From the NCBI GenBank assembly GCA_015662065.1, contig DQUX01000240.1, positions 1-32,528 of the forward strand: a stretch of DNA of 32,528 nucleotides, written 5' to 3'. The translations under genes and the position numbers were made by a program. The notes under the pieces were generated by a model. The model was not told the origin of the DNA and searched no databases. It saw only the letters and a list, made by a program, of their open reading frames with translations. The stretch comes from Anaerolineales bacterium. Lineage in GTDB: Bacteria > Chloroflexota > Anaerolineae > B4-G1 > DUEL01. Below, in pieces: positions 1-7,827 of this stretch (position 1 is the stretch's first letter; the number at the start of each line of letters is the position of its first letter).

Positions 1-65
1 CATAGAAGGGGAATTTAGGGTACAATTGCAGATAGGTCAGATACAATCAATAAAGTAGGGAACCA

Positions 66-1190
66 ATGGAGGCAACGACAGGAAGCCGTCGGACCGATAC
101 CTGCGATGTGGTCGTGGTCGGCGCGGGGATCGTGGGGGCGGCAGTGGCCGTCCGGATCGCCCGGTTCGGGATGCAGGTGGCCGTGCTGGACGCCCAGAAG
201 GTGGCCGGCGGGGCCACAGGGCGAAGCGCCGGGATGGTCGTCGCCGGCCTGCCCGGCCACTACCGGCGGGCGGTGAAGGCTTTCGGACGGGAACAGGCCC
301 GCACCCTATGGGCGCTGACCATCGAGGGGCGGGAGCGGCTGGCCGAGAGCGCCAACCGCGTGGGGGTGACCCTGGAGCGGGTGGGCAGCCTGGCGGTGGC
401 GGTGACGGAGGAAGAAGTAGAAACCTTGCGGGCGTCGGCGGAACTCCTGCGAGAGGACGGCTTCGACGCCTGGTTCGGCACCACCGACCCCCTGGGACGG
501 GGCTTCCTGGCCACCCTTCGGCAGCCCGATGACGGCGTGGTGGACGTCGCGGAGCTGACCCGGGCGCTCCTCTCCTCGGCCCCCATCGCCGTCCACACCG
601 ACACCGAGGTCTACGAATTGGAGCCAACGGGAGAGGGAGTGCGGGTATGGGCCCAGGGGCGGAACGTGCGCTGCGGTAGGGTGGTGCTTACGGTGGACGG
701 ATACGCCTCCCTCCTGGACCCGGCCCTGAGCCAATGGGTGACGCCAGGGCGCGCCCTCATCGTCACCACGGAGCCGTTGGCCGGGGCAGGATTCCCCATC
801 CCGTGCTACGCTAACTACGGCCACAAATATGCCTGCCCGCTACCGGATGGGCGCTGGGCCCTGGGAGCCTGGTGGCGCCCCCGTCCAGGGGCTGCCCCCA
901 TCGAACCGGACCAATCCCTCCGGGAGGGTCTGGGCCGCTTCATCACCCGCTATTTTCCAGAGGTAAGGGGACGCATCGCCGGCCGCCGCTCCGGGGTGAT
1001 GGGCTTCACCTCCGACGGGATCCCCGTCGTGGGACGCCTCCCCCCCCCATCCCCCGTCGTCTTCGCCCTGGGGTTCGGCGGGTGGGGGCTGAGCTGGGCC
1101 TTCGTGGCCGCCGAGCGGCTGGTGGAGTGGATCCTTCAGGACACCGACCCCGGCATCCTCTCGGTGGAGCGACTTACCGGCAACCGGTAA
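66..1190 (+). CDS. FAD-dependent oxidoreductase, DAO family (glycine / D-amino-acid / sarcosine oxidase-like)
   Basis: 374-aa ORF. N-terminal Rossmann dinucleotide motif DVVVVGAGIVGAAVAVRIA. Length and C-terminal FALGFGGWGL segment are typical of DAO-type flavoproteins. ATG at 66 follows an AGGGA Shine-Dalgarno-like sequence and an AT-rich upstream region. Confidence 0.8.
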   Translation: MEATTGSRRTDTCDVVVVGAGIVGAAVAVRIARFGMQVAVLDAQKVAGGATGRSAGMVVAGLPGHYRRAVKAFGREQARTLWALTIEGRERLAESANRVGVTLERVGSLAVAVTEEEVETLRASAELLREDGFDAWFGTTDPLGRGFLATLRQPDDGVVDVAELTRALLSSAPIAVHTDTEVYELEPTGEGVRVWAQGRNVRCGRVVLTVDGYASLLDPALSQWVTPGRALIVTTEPLAGAGFPIPCYANYGHKYACPLPDGRWALGAWWRPRPGAAPIEPDQSLREGLGRFITRYFPEVRGRIAGRRSGVMGFTSDGIPVVGRLPPPSPVVFALGFGGWGLSWAFVAAERLVEWILQDTDPGILSVERLTGNR

Positions 1191-1218
1191 CAAGCAACGA
1201 GCAACCGGCAACCAGCAG
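1181..1218. repeat. Tandem heptamer array, CAACSRG family, 5-6 units
   Basis: Units read directly: caaccgg / taacaag / caacgag / caaccgg / caaccag / cag. The array starts in the last codons of the flavoprotein gene and contains its TAA stop. It fills the whole 28-nt convergent gap up to the stop of the homocysteine methyltransferase gene at 1219. Confidence 0.8.
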
Positions 1219-2088
1219 CTACCTCACCGCCCGCGCGATAGCCTCGATGTGGGCGGGGGTGGAGCCGCAGCAACCGCCGACGACCCGCGCCCCCAGGTCC
1301 ACGAACCGCCGGGCGTACTCCGCCATCACCTCCGGCGTGCCGTCGTAGAGGACCTCGTCTTCCACCATCCGGGGGAGGCCGGCGTTGGGCTTGACGATCA
1401 GAGGGACACCGGGCGCTGCCTCCCGCATCCGGCACACCGCCTCCTCGGTCATCTCCAGGCTGGCCCCGCAGTTGGCCCCGAACCCGTCCACCCTCAGCTC
1501 CGCAAGCACCTGCGCCGCCTGTTCCGGGCGGACCCCCATATTGGTCCGGCCTTTGGCGTCGAAGGAGAGGGTCACCGTGAGGGGCAGGTCGGGCGCGACC
1601 CGACGGGCCCCCTCCACCGCCGCCCGCACCTCGTCCAGGCTGGACATCGTCTCGATGTAAAGGAGGTCCACCCCGGCCTCGGCCAGACCGGCCGCCTGCT
1701 CGGCGAAGAGCGCCACCGCCTCCTCGTAGGTGCGCTTCCCCAGGGGGACCAGCAACTCCCCCAGCGGGCCGATGTCCCCGGCCACGTAGGCCCGGTCGGC
1801 GGCCGCCTCCCGGGCGATCTCCACCGCCCGTCGGTTGACCTCGGCCACCCGGTCGGCCAGGCCGGCGTGGCTCAACCGCGCTCGCGTCCCGCCGAAGGTG
1901 CAGGTCAGGATCAAATCCGCCCCGGCCTCGACGTAGGCCCGATGCACATCGGCGACCACCTCCGGCCGCTCCAGCACCCAGGCCTCGCCGGGGGTGCCCA
2001 CAGGCAGCCCGGCAGCCTGGAGCATCGTCCCCATCGCGCCGTCGGCCACCAGGACCGGTCCATCCTTTAAGCGCGTCAGGAAGTCCAT
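1219..2088 (-). CDS. Stand-alone homocysteine-binding S-methyltransferase domain protein (MetH module-I / PF02574-like)
   Basis: 289 aa from the ATG at 2088 (MDFLTRLKDGPVLVADGAMGTML...). Zinc-cysteine signature GANCG ... VGGCCGSTP. The ATG overlaps the TGA of the upstream corrinoid gene (ATGA at 2086-2090). The 29-codon N-terminal extension in the ORF track (to 2175) is Gly/Arg junk lying inside the upstream gene. Confidence 0.85.
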   Translation of the reverse strand: MDFLTRLKDGPVLVADGAMGTMLQAAGLPVGTPGEAWVLERPEVVADVHRAYVEAGADLILTCTFGGTRARLSHAGLADRVAEVNRRAVEIAREAAADRAYVAGDIGPLGELLVPLGKRTYEEAVALFAEQAAGLAEAGVDLLYIETMSSLDEVRAAVEGARRVAPDLPLTVTLSFDAKGRTNMGVRPEQAAQVLAELRVDGFGANCGASLEMTEEAVCRMREAAPGVPLIVKPNAGLPRMVEDEVLYDGTPEVMAEYARRFVDLGARVVGGCCGSTPAHIEAIARAVR

Positions 2089-2738
2089 CACCCTACTCCC
2101 ACCAACCGGCGCACCACCGTCACCGCCTCCCGAGCGTTCTCCGCGTACCCATCCGCGCCGATCCGCTCCGCCCACTCCGGCGAGGCGGGCGCTCCGCCGA
2201 TGACCACCCTCACCCGCCCCCGCATCCCGGCCTCCTCCAGCGCCTCGATCACCGCCTGCTGATTGCGCATCGTCGTCGTCAGCAGGGCAGAGAGACCCAC
2301 CACGTCGGCATCCACCTCCCGGGCCCTGGAGACGAAGGCCGCCGCCGGCACATCCACTCCCAGGTCGTGGACCACGAACCCGGCCGCCTCCAGCATCGTC
2401 GCCACCAGGCTCTTGCCGATCTCGTGGATGTCCCCCTCTACCGTGCCAATGACGACGACCCCCGGCGCGGACCGGACCTGCTCTCGGGCCACCATCTCCG
2501 GACCGAGAACCGACATCGCCGCCTTCATCGCCTCGCCCGCCATCACCAACTCAGGAATGAAATACTCGCCCTCCTCGTACAGCCTCCCCACCTCCTCCAT
2601 CGCCGGGGAGAGGACCTGCTCGACCGCCCCCAGGGGGTCTGCCCCGGCGGAGAGGGCCCGGGCGGCGAGTTCCCGCGCCCGGTCGGGGTCGCCGTCTATG
2701 ACGGCCTGGCTTAGGGGTTGGAGAAGTTCATCGTTCAT
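2088..2738 (-). CDS. Corrinoid (cobalamin)-binding protein, MttC/MtgC-like
   Basis: 216 aa from the ATG at 2738 ([17 protein letters not shown]...). B12-binding cap plus Rossmann domain with the DxHxxG lower-ligand motif (VEGDIHEIGKSLV). The longer track ORF (to 2870) only adds translation of the heptamer array. Confidence 0.85.
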   Translation of the reverse strand: MNDELLQPLSQAVIDGDPDRARELAARALSAGADPLGAVEQVLSPAMEEVGRLYEEGEYFIPELVMAGEAMKAAMSVLGPEMVAREQVRSAPGVVVIGTVEGDIHEIGKSLVATMLEAAGFVVHDLGVDVPAAAFVSRAREVDADVVGLSALLTTTMRNQQAVIEALEEAGMRGRVRVVIGGAPASPEWAERIGADGYAENAREAVTVVRRLVGVG

Positions 2739-4266
2739 CTCTAGCACCTCGTTGCTGGTTGCTGGTTGCTGGTTGCTGGTTGCTCGTTGCTCGCTGCTCG
2801 CTGCTCGTTGCTCGTTGGGGCAGTCGGTCCATTCCAGCGGCCTGGGCGGCCCGGAGAGTGATGGCGGCAAGCTCCGACACTACCTCAGGGGGGAGTTCTC
2901 TCGGCTCGTAGGCGGCGATCAGCGCTTCTGCCCGCTCATGGGCCCGCCGGACCACGTCCTTGCTCCCCTTCGCCTCCCAGTTCCGGCGGAAGTCCCGGTC
3001 CATCACCTCGCTAGGGATGAACAGTTCCTCTCGGTACCACCGCCGGGTGTGGGGGTTGGCCAGGAAGTTGCCGGCATGCCCCACCTGCCGGATCAGATCG
3101 ACCGCCAGGGGGATTCCCCGCTCGGCGACGCCGGCCACCAGCCGCTTCGCCATCCCCACGATCTCGGCGTCGATCACCAGCTTCTCCAAACTGAAACAGC
3201 TCTCAAAATCCAGCATTCCGGGTCCGCTGATCATATTGATGCCGGCCAGCGCCCCCAGGACCGCGCCGATGCCGCTCTCAAAGCCGCACTGGGCGTCGAC
3301 GATTTTTGCGTCGGACATCCCCAGGTAGGCGTGGGTGGGCAACCCCAGGTGCTTGCCTACCTGGGCGTAGGCACAGTCGATCATCATCGTCTCGACAGCC
3401 CCCATCGGCGTGGTGCCGGTGCGCATGTCGAAGGCGGCGGGGGAGCCGCCCCAGACGATGGGGGCGCCGGGGTTGGTGAACTGGTGGATGACCACGCCGC
3501 TCAGGTTCTCCGCCGCGTGCTGGACCACGGAGCCCAGCAACGTCGCCGGGCCGGTGGCCCCCGCCAGCGGCATGCTCACCAACTCCGCCGGTATCCGGTA
3601 GCGGGCACAGTCCATCAGGTTCTCGCAGGTGATCTCGGACCAGAGCAGCGGCGGGGAGGGGCAGACGTCGAAGACGGCGGTCGGTTTCTCCGCCAGCGCT
3701 TCCTCGCTGCCCGCCACCGCCACCAGCAGGTCCTTCATCACGTGCCAGGTCTCAACCCCGAAGGCCCCGGTGATCACCGGTTTCCCGGTATAGAGGAGGA
3801 CCAGGTAGAGCCGATAGAGGTCGGCGATCTCCTCGGGCACATCGGCGCAGACCAGGGCGGTGCTGACCCCGTCCATCGGGAGAAGGGAGTCGGCCAGCTT
3901 GATGTAGCGAACGAAGTCGGCGGTGACCGGAGTACGGGAGGTCACGGCCCCGTGGTCGAGGATCTCAATGGCCGCCGAGCCGGGGTCGAAGTGGACGTTG
4001 TCCCCGCCGTAATGGACCGCAGGCCGGCCCTCGAAGTCGTACAGGTAGAAGGACTTGGGAGCCGTCTCCAGCGCCCGATGCACCAAGTCGGCCGGGATGC
4101 GAGCGACCTTGGCCTCCAGGTCGACCTGGGCTCCGTGATCTCCCAGCAGGCGGAGCGCCCGCTGTGAGTGGACCCGCACGCCGGGGTCCTGCAGGAGTTC
4201 GATGGCCTCCTCAACGACCCGACTCACCGTCTCCGGGGAGAGAAACTGAAGAGTTGGTCTGATCAC
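2728..4266 (-). CDS. Trimethylamine methyltransferase (MttB, PF06253) family protein, non-pyrrolysine type
   Basis: 512-aa uninterrupted ORF with family-typical sequence throughout (...[25 protein letters not shown]...[20 protein letters not shown]...DAQCGFESG...). GTG start at 4266 lies 8 nt after GGAGGAGG. There is no in-frame TAG. The last ~30 codons translate the heptamer array ([22 protein letters not shown]...). The stop at 2728 overlaps the next gene's ATG by 11 nt. Confidence 0.85.
   Translation of the reverse strand: MIRPTLQFLSPETVSRVVEEAIELLQDPGVRVHSQRALRLLGDHGAQVDLEAKVARIPADLVHRALETAPKSFYLYDFEGRPAVHYGGDNVHFDPGSAAIEILDHGAVTSRTPVTADFVRYIKLADSLLPMDGVSTALVCADVPEEIADLYRLYLVLLYTGKPVITGAFGVETWHVMKDLLVAVAGSEEALAEKPTAVFDVCPSPPLLWSEITCENLMDCARYRIPAELVSMPLAGATGPATLLGSVVQHAAENLSGVVIHQFTNPGAPIVWGGSPAAFDMRTGTTPMGAVETMMIDCAYAQVGKHLGLPTHAYLGMSDAKIVDAQCGFESGIGAVLGALAGINMISGPGMLDFESCFSLEKLVIDAEIVGMAKRLVAGVAERGIPLAVDLIRQVGHAGNFLANPHTRRWYREELFIPSEVMDRDFRRNWEAKGSKDVVRRAHERAEALIAAYEPRELPPEVVSELAAITLRAAQAAGMDRLPQRATSSEQRATSNQQPATSNQQRGARDER
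2748..2817. repeat. Tandem heptamer array, 10 units of CTSGYTG (minus strand CARCSAG)
   Basis: Units read directly: ctcgttg, ctggttg x4, ctcgttg, ctcgctg x2, ctcgttg x2. The plus strand has no A and the minus strand has no T, so the array is stop-free in all six frames. It lies in the 3' end of mttB, immediately upstream of the corrinoid-protein start. Confidence 0.9.
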
Positions 4267-4302
4267 GACATGTACCTCCTCCGGGGAGTGGATGCGGGCG
4301 CA

Positions 4303-4331
4303 AGTATATGCGGGCAGCCGGATTTCGTCAA
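4303..4331 (-). promoter_or_regulatory. Sigma70-type promoter of the mttB operon
   Basis: Minus strand reads TTGACG (4331-4326), 17 nt spacer, TATACT (4308-4303). It lies about 35 nt upstream of the GTG start at 4266. Confidence 0.6.
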
Positions 4332-4348
4332 GGATGGGCGCAACATCC

Positions 4349-4376
4349 TTGGCAACCCGTCCCCCTGTGGTATAAT
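4349..4376 (+). promoter_or_regulatory. Sigma70-type promoter of sucCD with extended -10
   Basis: TTGGCA (4349-4354), 16 nt spacer, TGG-TATAAT (4368-4376). It lies about 40 nt upstream of the sucC GTG. Confidence 0.6.
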
Positions 4377-4418
4377 CCCTCGTTGTTGACTCAACGTCCT
4401 TCAGCAGGAGGCGAACCG

Positions 4419-5579
4419 GTGAAACTACACGAATACCAATCCAAGCGCATCTTCGCGCAGTACGGCATCCCCATCCCCGAGGGAGACGTGGCGACGACCC
4501 CCTCGGAGGCCCGTGCCATCGCCGAGCGGCTGGGCGGCCCGGTGGTCGTCAAGTCCCAAGTGCTGGTCGGCGGGCGGGGGAAGGCCGGCGGCATCAAGCT
4601 GGCCCGCACCCCCGACGAGGCGGAGCAACTGGCGGCCCAGATCCTCTCCCTCCAGATCAAGGGGCTGCCCGTGCGCAAGGTCCTGGTGGACCAGGCAGCC
4701 GACATCCGCCAGGAGATCTACCTGGGCGTGGTGGTGGACCGGGCCGCCGCCCGGCCGGTGATGATGGCCTCCTCCGAGGGCGGCGTCGAGATCGAGGAGG
4801 TGGCCCGCGTCAACCCCGAGGCCATCAAGAAGGTCCACATCGACCCCTTCATCGGCCTGCGCTCCTACCAGACCCGCCGGCTGGCCAAGGGGATCGGGCT
4901 GGATCCGGCCCTGCACCGGCCGTTCGACCGGATCGCCCGGGGGCTGTACCGGGCCTTCGTCGAATCGGATGCGTCGCTGGCGGAGATCAACCCCCTGGTG
5001 GCGACCGGTGAGGGAGGGGCGCAGGGCCTTGCACCCCTACTGGCGGTGGACGGCAAGATGATCCTGGACGACAACGGCCTCTCCCGCCACCCCGACCTGG
5101 CCGAGATGCGGGACATCGACGAGGAGACCCCCACGGAGCGGGAGGCCCGCGAGGCCGGGCTCTCCTACGTGCAGTTGGACGGCGAGATCGGCTGTATGGT
5201 CAACGGGGCCGGGCTGGCGATGGCGACGATGGACATCACCAAGCACTTCGGCGGCGCGCCGGCCAACTTCCTGGATATCGGCGGCGGGGCGAAGGCAGAC
5301 CGGGTGGCGGCGGCCCTGAGGCTGATCCTGGCCGATCCCAACGTCAGGGCGGTTCTCTTCAACATCTTCGGCGGCATCACCCGCTGCGACGAGGTGGCGA
5401 AGGGGATCCTCACCGCCCTGGAGGAGGTCAAGCCCCAAGTCCCGATGGTCGCCCGTTTGGTGGGGACCAACGAGGAAGAGGGGCGGCGGCTCCTGGAGGA
5501 ATCGGGCTACGCGATGATCACCGCCACCACCCTGGCGGAAGCAGCCCAGAAGGCAGTGGCGGCGGCGCGGAACCCGTAA
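4419..5579 (+). CDS. sucC: Succinyl-CoA synthetase (ADP-forming) beta subunit
   Basis: 386 aa from the GTG at 4419 ([22 protein letters not shown]...), 7 nt after AGGAGG. ATP-grasp and ligase-CoA regions are recognisable. The track ORF start at 4308 lies inside the promoter region and adds non-homologous sequence. Confidence 0.95.
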   Translation: MKLHEYQSKRIFAQYGIPIPEGDVATTPSEARAIAERLGGPVVVKSQVLVGGRGKAGGIKLARTPDEAEQLAAQILSLQIKGLPVRKVLVDQAADIRQEIYLGVVVDRAAARPVMMASSEGGVEIEEVARVNPEAIKKVHIDPFIGLRSYQTRRLAKGIGLDPALHRPFDRIARGLYRAFVESDASLAEINPLVATGEGGAQGLAPLLAVDGKMILDDNGLSRHPDLAEMRDIDEETPTEREAREAGLSYVQLDGEIGCMVNGAGLAMATMDITKHFGGAPANFLDIGGGAKADRVAAALRLILADPNVRAVLFNIFGGITRCDEVAKGILTALEEVKPQVPMVARLVGTNEEEGRRLLEESGYAMITATTLAEAAQKAVAAARNP

Positions 5580-5586
5580 CACGCAA

Positions 5587-5627
5587 CACGCAATGCGCAA
5601 TATACGCTCCGTATTACGTATTTCGTG
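5587..5627 (+). repeat. Imperfect AT-rich hairpin built from inverted CAAYRCG-type heptamers in the sucC-sucD spacer
   Basis: Left arm cacgcaatgcgcaatatacg (5587-5606), loop ctc, right arm cgtattacgtatttcgtg (5610-5627). About 15 of 18 positions pair. It is preceded by further heptamers taacacg / caacacg from 5577. Confidence 0.6.
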
Positions 5628-5646
5628 ACATAGGAGTGGGAAACCG

Positions 5647-6519
5647 ATGGCTATTCTAGTGGACAAGAACACCCGCCTCGTCGTCCAGGGCATCACCGGG
5701 CGCGAGGGGGAGTTTCATTCACGGCAGATGTTGGAGTACGGCACACAGGTGGTGGCCGGGGTGACCCCCGGCAAGGGCGGCCAGACCGCCTGCGACGGCC
5801 GGGTGCCGGTGTTCGACACGGTGCGGGAGGCGGTGGAAGCGACCGGGGCCAACAGCTCCGTAGTCTATGTACCGGCCCGCTTCGCACCAGACGCCATCCT
5901 GGAGGCGGCCGACGCCGGGGTGGACCTCATCGTCTGCATCACCGAGGGGATCCCGGTTATGGACATGATCCGGGTGAAGGCGTATCTCGATCAGAAGGGA
6001 GCCCGGCTGGTCGGCCCCAACTGCCCCGGCCTTCTGACCCCCGGTGAGGCGAAGGTAGGCATCATGCCGGGTCATATCGCCACGCCGGGCCCGGTAGGGG
6101 TCGTCTCCCGCTCCGGCACGCTGACCTACGAGGTGGTCTACGCGCTGACGGCGCGGGGGATGGGGCAGACGACCTGCGTGGGCATCGGCGGCGATCCCAT
6201 CATCGGCACCCGCTTCGTGGATGTCCTGGAGATGTTCGAGGCGGACCCGAAGACGGAGCGGGTGGTGATGATCGGCGAGATCGGCGGCAATGATGAGGAA
6301 ATCGCGGCGCGGTTCATCGCCGAGCGGATGACCAAGCCGGTGGTGGCCTTCATCGCCGGGCAGACCGCGCCGCCGGGCAAGCGGATGGGCCACGCGGGGG
6401 CGATCATCGAGGGAGGCGAGGGCACCGCCGCGGGAAAGATCGCCGCGCTGGAAGCGGTGGGCGTGCAGGTGGCCGAGCACCCCGAACAGGTCGCGGAGCT
6501 GGTGGCGACCGCCGGCTAG
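5647..6519 (+). CDS. sucD: Succinyl-CoA synthetase alpha subunit
   Basis: 290 aa: [21 protein letters not shown]..., [16 protein letters not shown], and the phosphohistidine loop GHAGAII. AGGAG lies upstream of the ATG. Confidence 0.95.
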   Translation: MAILVDKNTRLVVQGITGREGEFHSRQMLEYGTQVVAGVTPGKGGQTACDGRVPVFDTVREAVEATGANSSVVYVPARFAPDAILEAADAGVDLIVCITEGIPVMDMIRVKAYLDQKGARLVGPNCPGLLTPGEAKVGIMPGHIATPGPVGVVSRSGTLTYEVVYALTARGMGQTTCVGIGGDPIIGTRFVDVLEMFEADPKTERVVMIGEIGGNDEEIAARFIAERMTKPVVAFIAGQTAPPGKRMGHAGAIIEGGEGTAAGKIAALEAVGVQVAEHPEQVAELVATAG

Positions 6520-6541
6520 CCCTCGCCCCATCCCATTGAGT

Positions 6542-6565
6542 AGGGGCGCAGCATGCTGCGCCCCT
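6542..6565. terminator. Perfect 24-nt GC-rich palindrome between convergent genes (bidirectional terminator candidate)
   Basis: aggggcgcagca|tgctgcgcccct lies 23 nt after the sucD stop and abuts the stop codon of the convergent GNAT gene. No clear U-tract on either side. Confidence 0.6.
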
Positions 6566-7682
6566 ACAGCCTCCGCTCGTAGATTCGGTGCGCCTTGTAG
6601 AAATCCGCCCCCAGCGCCTCCAATTCCTGCATCATCTTCGTGTTCTGCTCGTTGATCTGCACCAGGTCGGCGTGGAGAAAACCCCGCTCTTTAAACGTCT
6701 TGAACATCTCATAGTAGAGAACAGCGTTCGCGCCCAGCCCCCGGTACTGGGGGAGGATCCCCGCCCCGTTGAAGTTGATCCAGCGGGTGCGGCGAAACTC
6801 CCACAGAAGCAGCGCCCAACCGAAGGGATAGAGCCGCCCCTTACAGCGCCGCAGCGCCGCCGACACATCGGGGAAGCCCAGCAGGAAGCCGACGATCTGC
6901 TCCCCCTTGGCGACGACCTTGACCAGGTCCGGCCGGGTCAGCGAAATGAGGCGGTCGGCGACCTTTACCGCATCCTCGCCGGTGATGGGCACGAAGTCCC
7001 GGTTCTCCACAAAGGCAGCGTTGTATGCTTCAATCACGCGGGGGGCGATCGCCCGTAACTCGTCCTTGGTGCGGAAGCGAAGCACCTTAAACCCCCGTCG
7101 CTCTTTCACCTTCTCTGCAATGCGGCGGAACCGCTCCGGGAGCTGAATGTCGCCGGGCAGATAACAGGATAAGTAGTCGGTCTGTTTCCGGAACCCCGCG
7201 TCCCGGATAAAACCGTCGTAGTAGGCGTAGTTGTAGGCGACCCCCATCGCCGGGCGATGCTCAAAGCCCTCAACCAACGCCCCCAGCGCATCCCCGGCGG
7301 CGAACCCCTCGGGGCCGCTCATCTCCCCCAATCCCCGGCTCCGGGCCCAATCGAAAGCGGCGGCGAATAGAGCGCGGGCGACCTCGATATCCTCTACCGC
7401 CTCGAAAAGGTAGAAAAACGCCCCCCGCCTGCCCCGGTAAGCGTTCCGCTTGCGCGGCTCCAGGACGGCGATCCGTCCGACCACCTTGCCCCCCTGGAGG
7501 GCCAGGAAGAAATCGGCATCGGAATGGCTGTAGAAGAAGTGGCGCTCCCGGTCCAACTGCTTCCGCGCGCTGGAGACCAGCGGTGGGACCCACTGGGGGC
7601 AATCCCGGTACAGCCGGAAGGGGAACTGGACAAACCGCTCCACATCGCGGGGGTCGCTCGTATCTACCTTATGGATCTCCAT
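6564..7682 (-). CDS. GNAT-superfamily N-acyltransferase-like protein (two-domain, ~370 aa type)
   Basis: 372 aa. C-terminal GNAT motif-A-like GILPQYRGLGANAVLYYEM. The N-terminal FPFRLYRDCPQWVPPL segment is typical of a conserved uncharacterised GNAT family. ATG is preceded by GGGAGGAAG. Confidence 0.6.
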   Translation of the reverse strand: MEIHKVDTSDPRDVERFVQFPFRLYRDCPQWVPPLVSSARKQLDRERHFFYSHSDADFFLALQGGKVVGRIAVLEPRKRNAYRGRRGAFFYLFEAVEDIEVARALFAAAFDWARSRGLGEMSGPEGFAAGDALGALVEGFEHRPAMGVAYNYAYYDGFIRDAGFRKQTDYLSCYLPGDIQLPERFRRIAEKVKERRGFKVLRFRTKDELRAIAPRVIEAYNAAFVENRDFVPITGEDAVKVADRLISLTRPDLVKVVAKGEQIVGFLLGFPDVSAALRRCKGRLYPFGWALLLWEFRRTRWINFNGAGILPQYRGLGANAVLYYEMFKTFKERGFLHADLVQINEQNTKMMQELEALGADFYKAHRIYERRL

Positions 7683-7827
7683 CGTTTATCTTCCTCCCTT
7701 ACAGGCGCGGCGCGCCTGGGAGCCGTTAAAGGGGCCAAATCGTGCCGGGAATCCGGTCCGATGGGTATGAGAACGGCCGGTTGGGGAAGTGCATCGCACC
7801 CTCCCACCGCCCCGTGTGGCTGTAGTA

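Noticed and set aside
37-627. 196-aa Pro/Arg-rich minus-strand ORF and similar ORFs (for example 17028..17807, 16964..17548, 7664..8281).
   Set aside because: These are extreme low-complexity translations overlapping well-supported genes, typical of GC-rich off-frame ORFs.
2748-2817. Possible CRISPR array or coding collagen-like repeat.
   Set aside because: The units are 7 nt and directly abutting, with no spacers, so this is not a CRISPR array. The period is not a multiple of 3, so it is a DNA-level tandem repeat rather than a selected peptide repeat.
2739-2870. Longer start for the corrinoid protein (track ORF from 2870).
   Set aside because: The extension is only the heptamer array and the mttB 3' end read in another frame. 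The ATG at 2738 gives a normal corrinoid-protein N-terminus.
2263-4167. 634-aa plus-strand ORF.
   Set aside because: It lies exactly antisense to the recognisable MttB-family gene. Its translation is Arg/Pro/Gly/Ala-rich with no motifs. This is the usual stop-poor shadow frame of a high-GC gene.
2728-4266. Pyrrolysine (in-frame UAG) in the MttB homologue.
   Set aside because: The ORF is uninterrupted over its full family-typical length, and no pylTSBCD-like genes are present in the window.
4267-4302. Cobalamin riboswitch upstream of the corrinoid-dependent operon.
   Set aside because: The predicted 5' UTR between the -10 box (4303-4308) and the GTG (4266) is only about 30 nt. That is far too short for a B12 riboswitch, and no B12-box-like sequence is seen in the 152-nt divergent region.
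4308-4418. Longer sucC start (ATG at 4308) used by the ORF track.
   Set aside because: The extra 37 codons have no SucC homology and span the sucC promoter (-35 at 4349, -10 at 4371). The GTG at 4419 gives the canonical VKLHEYQ N-terminus with AGGAGG 7 nt upstream.
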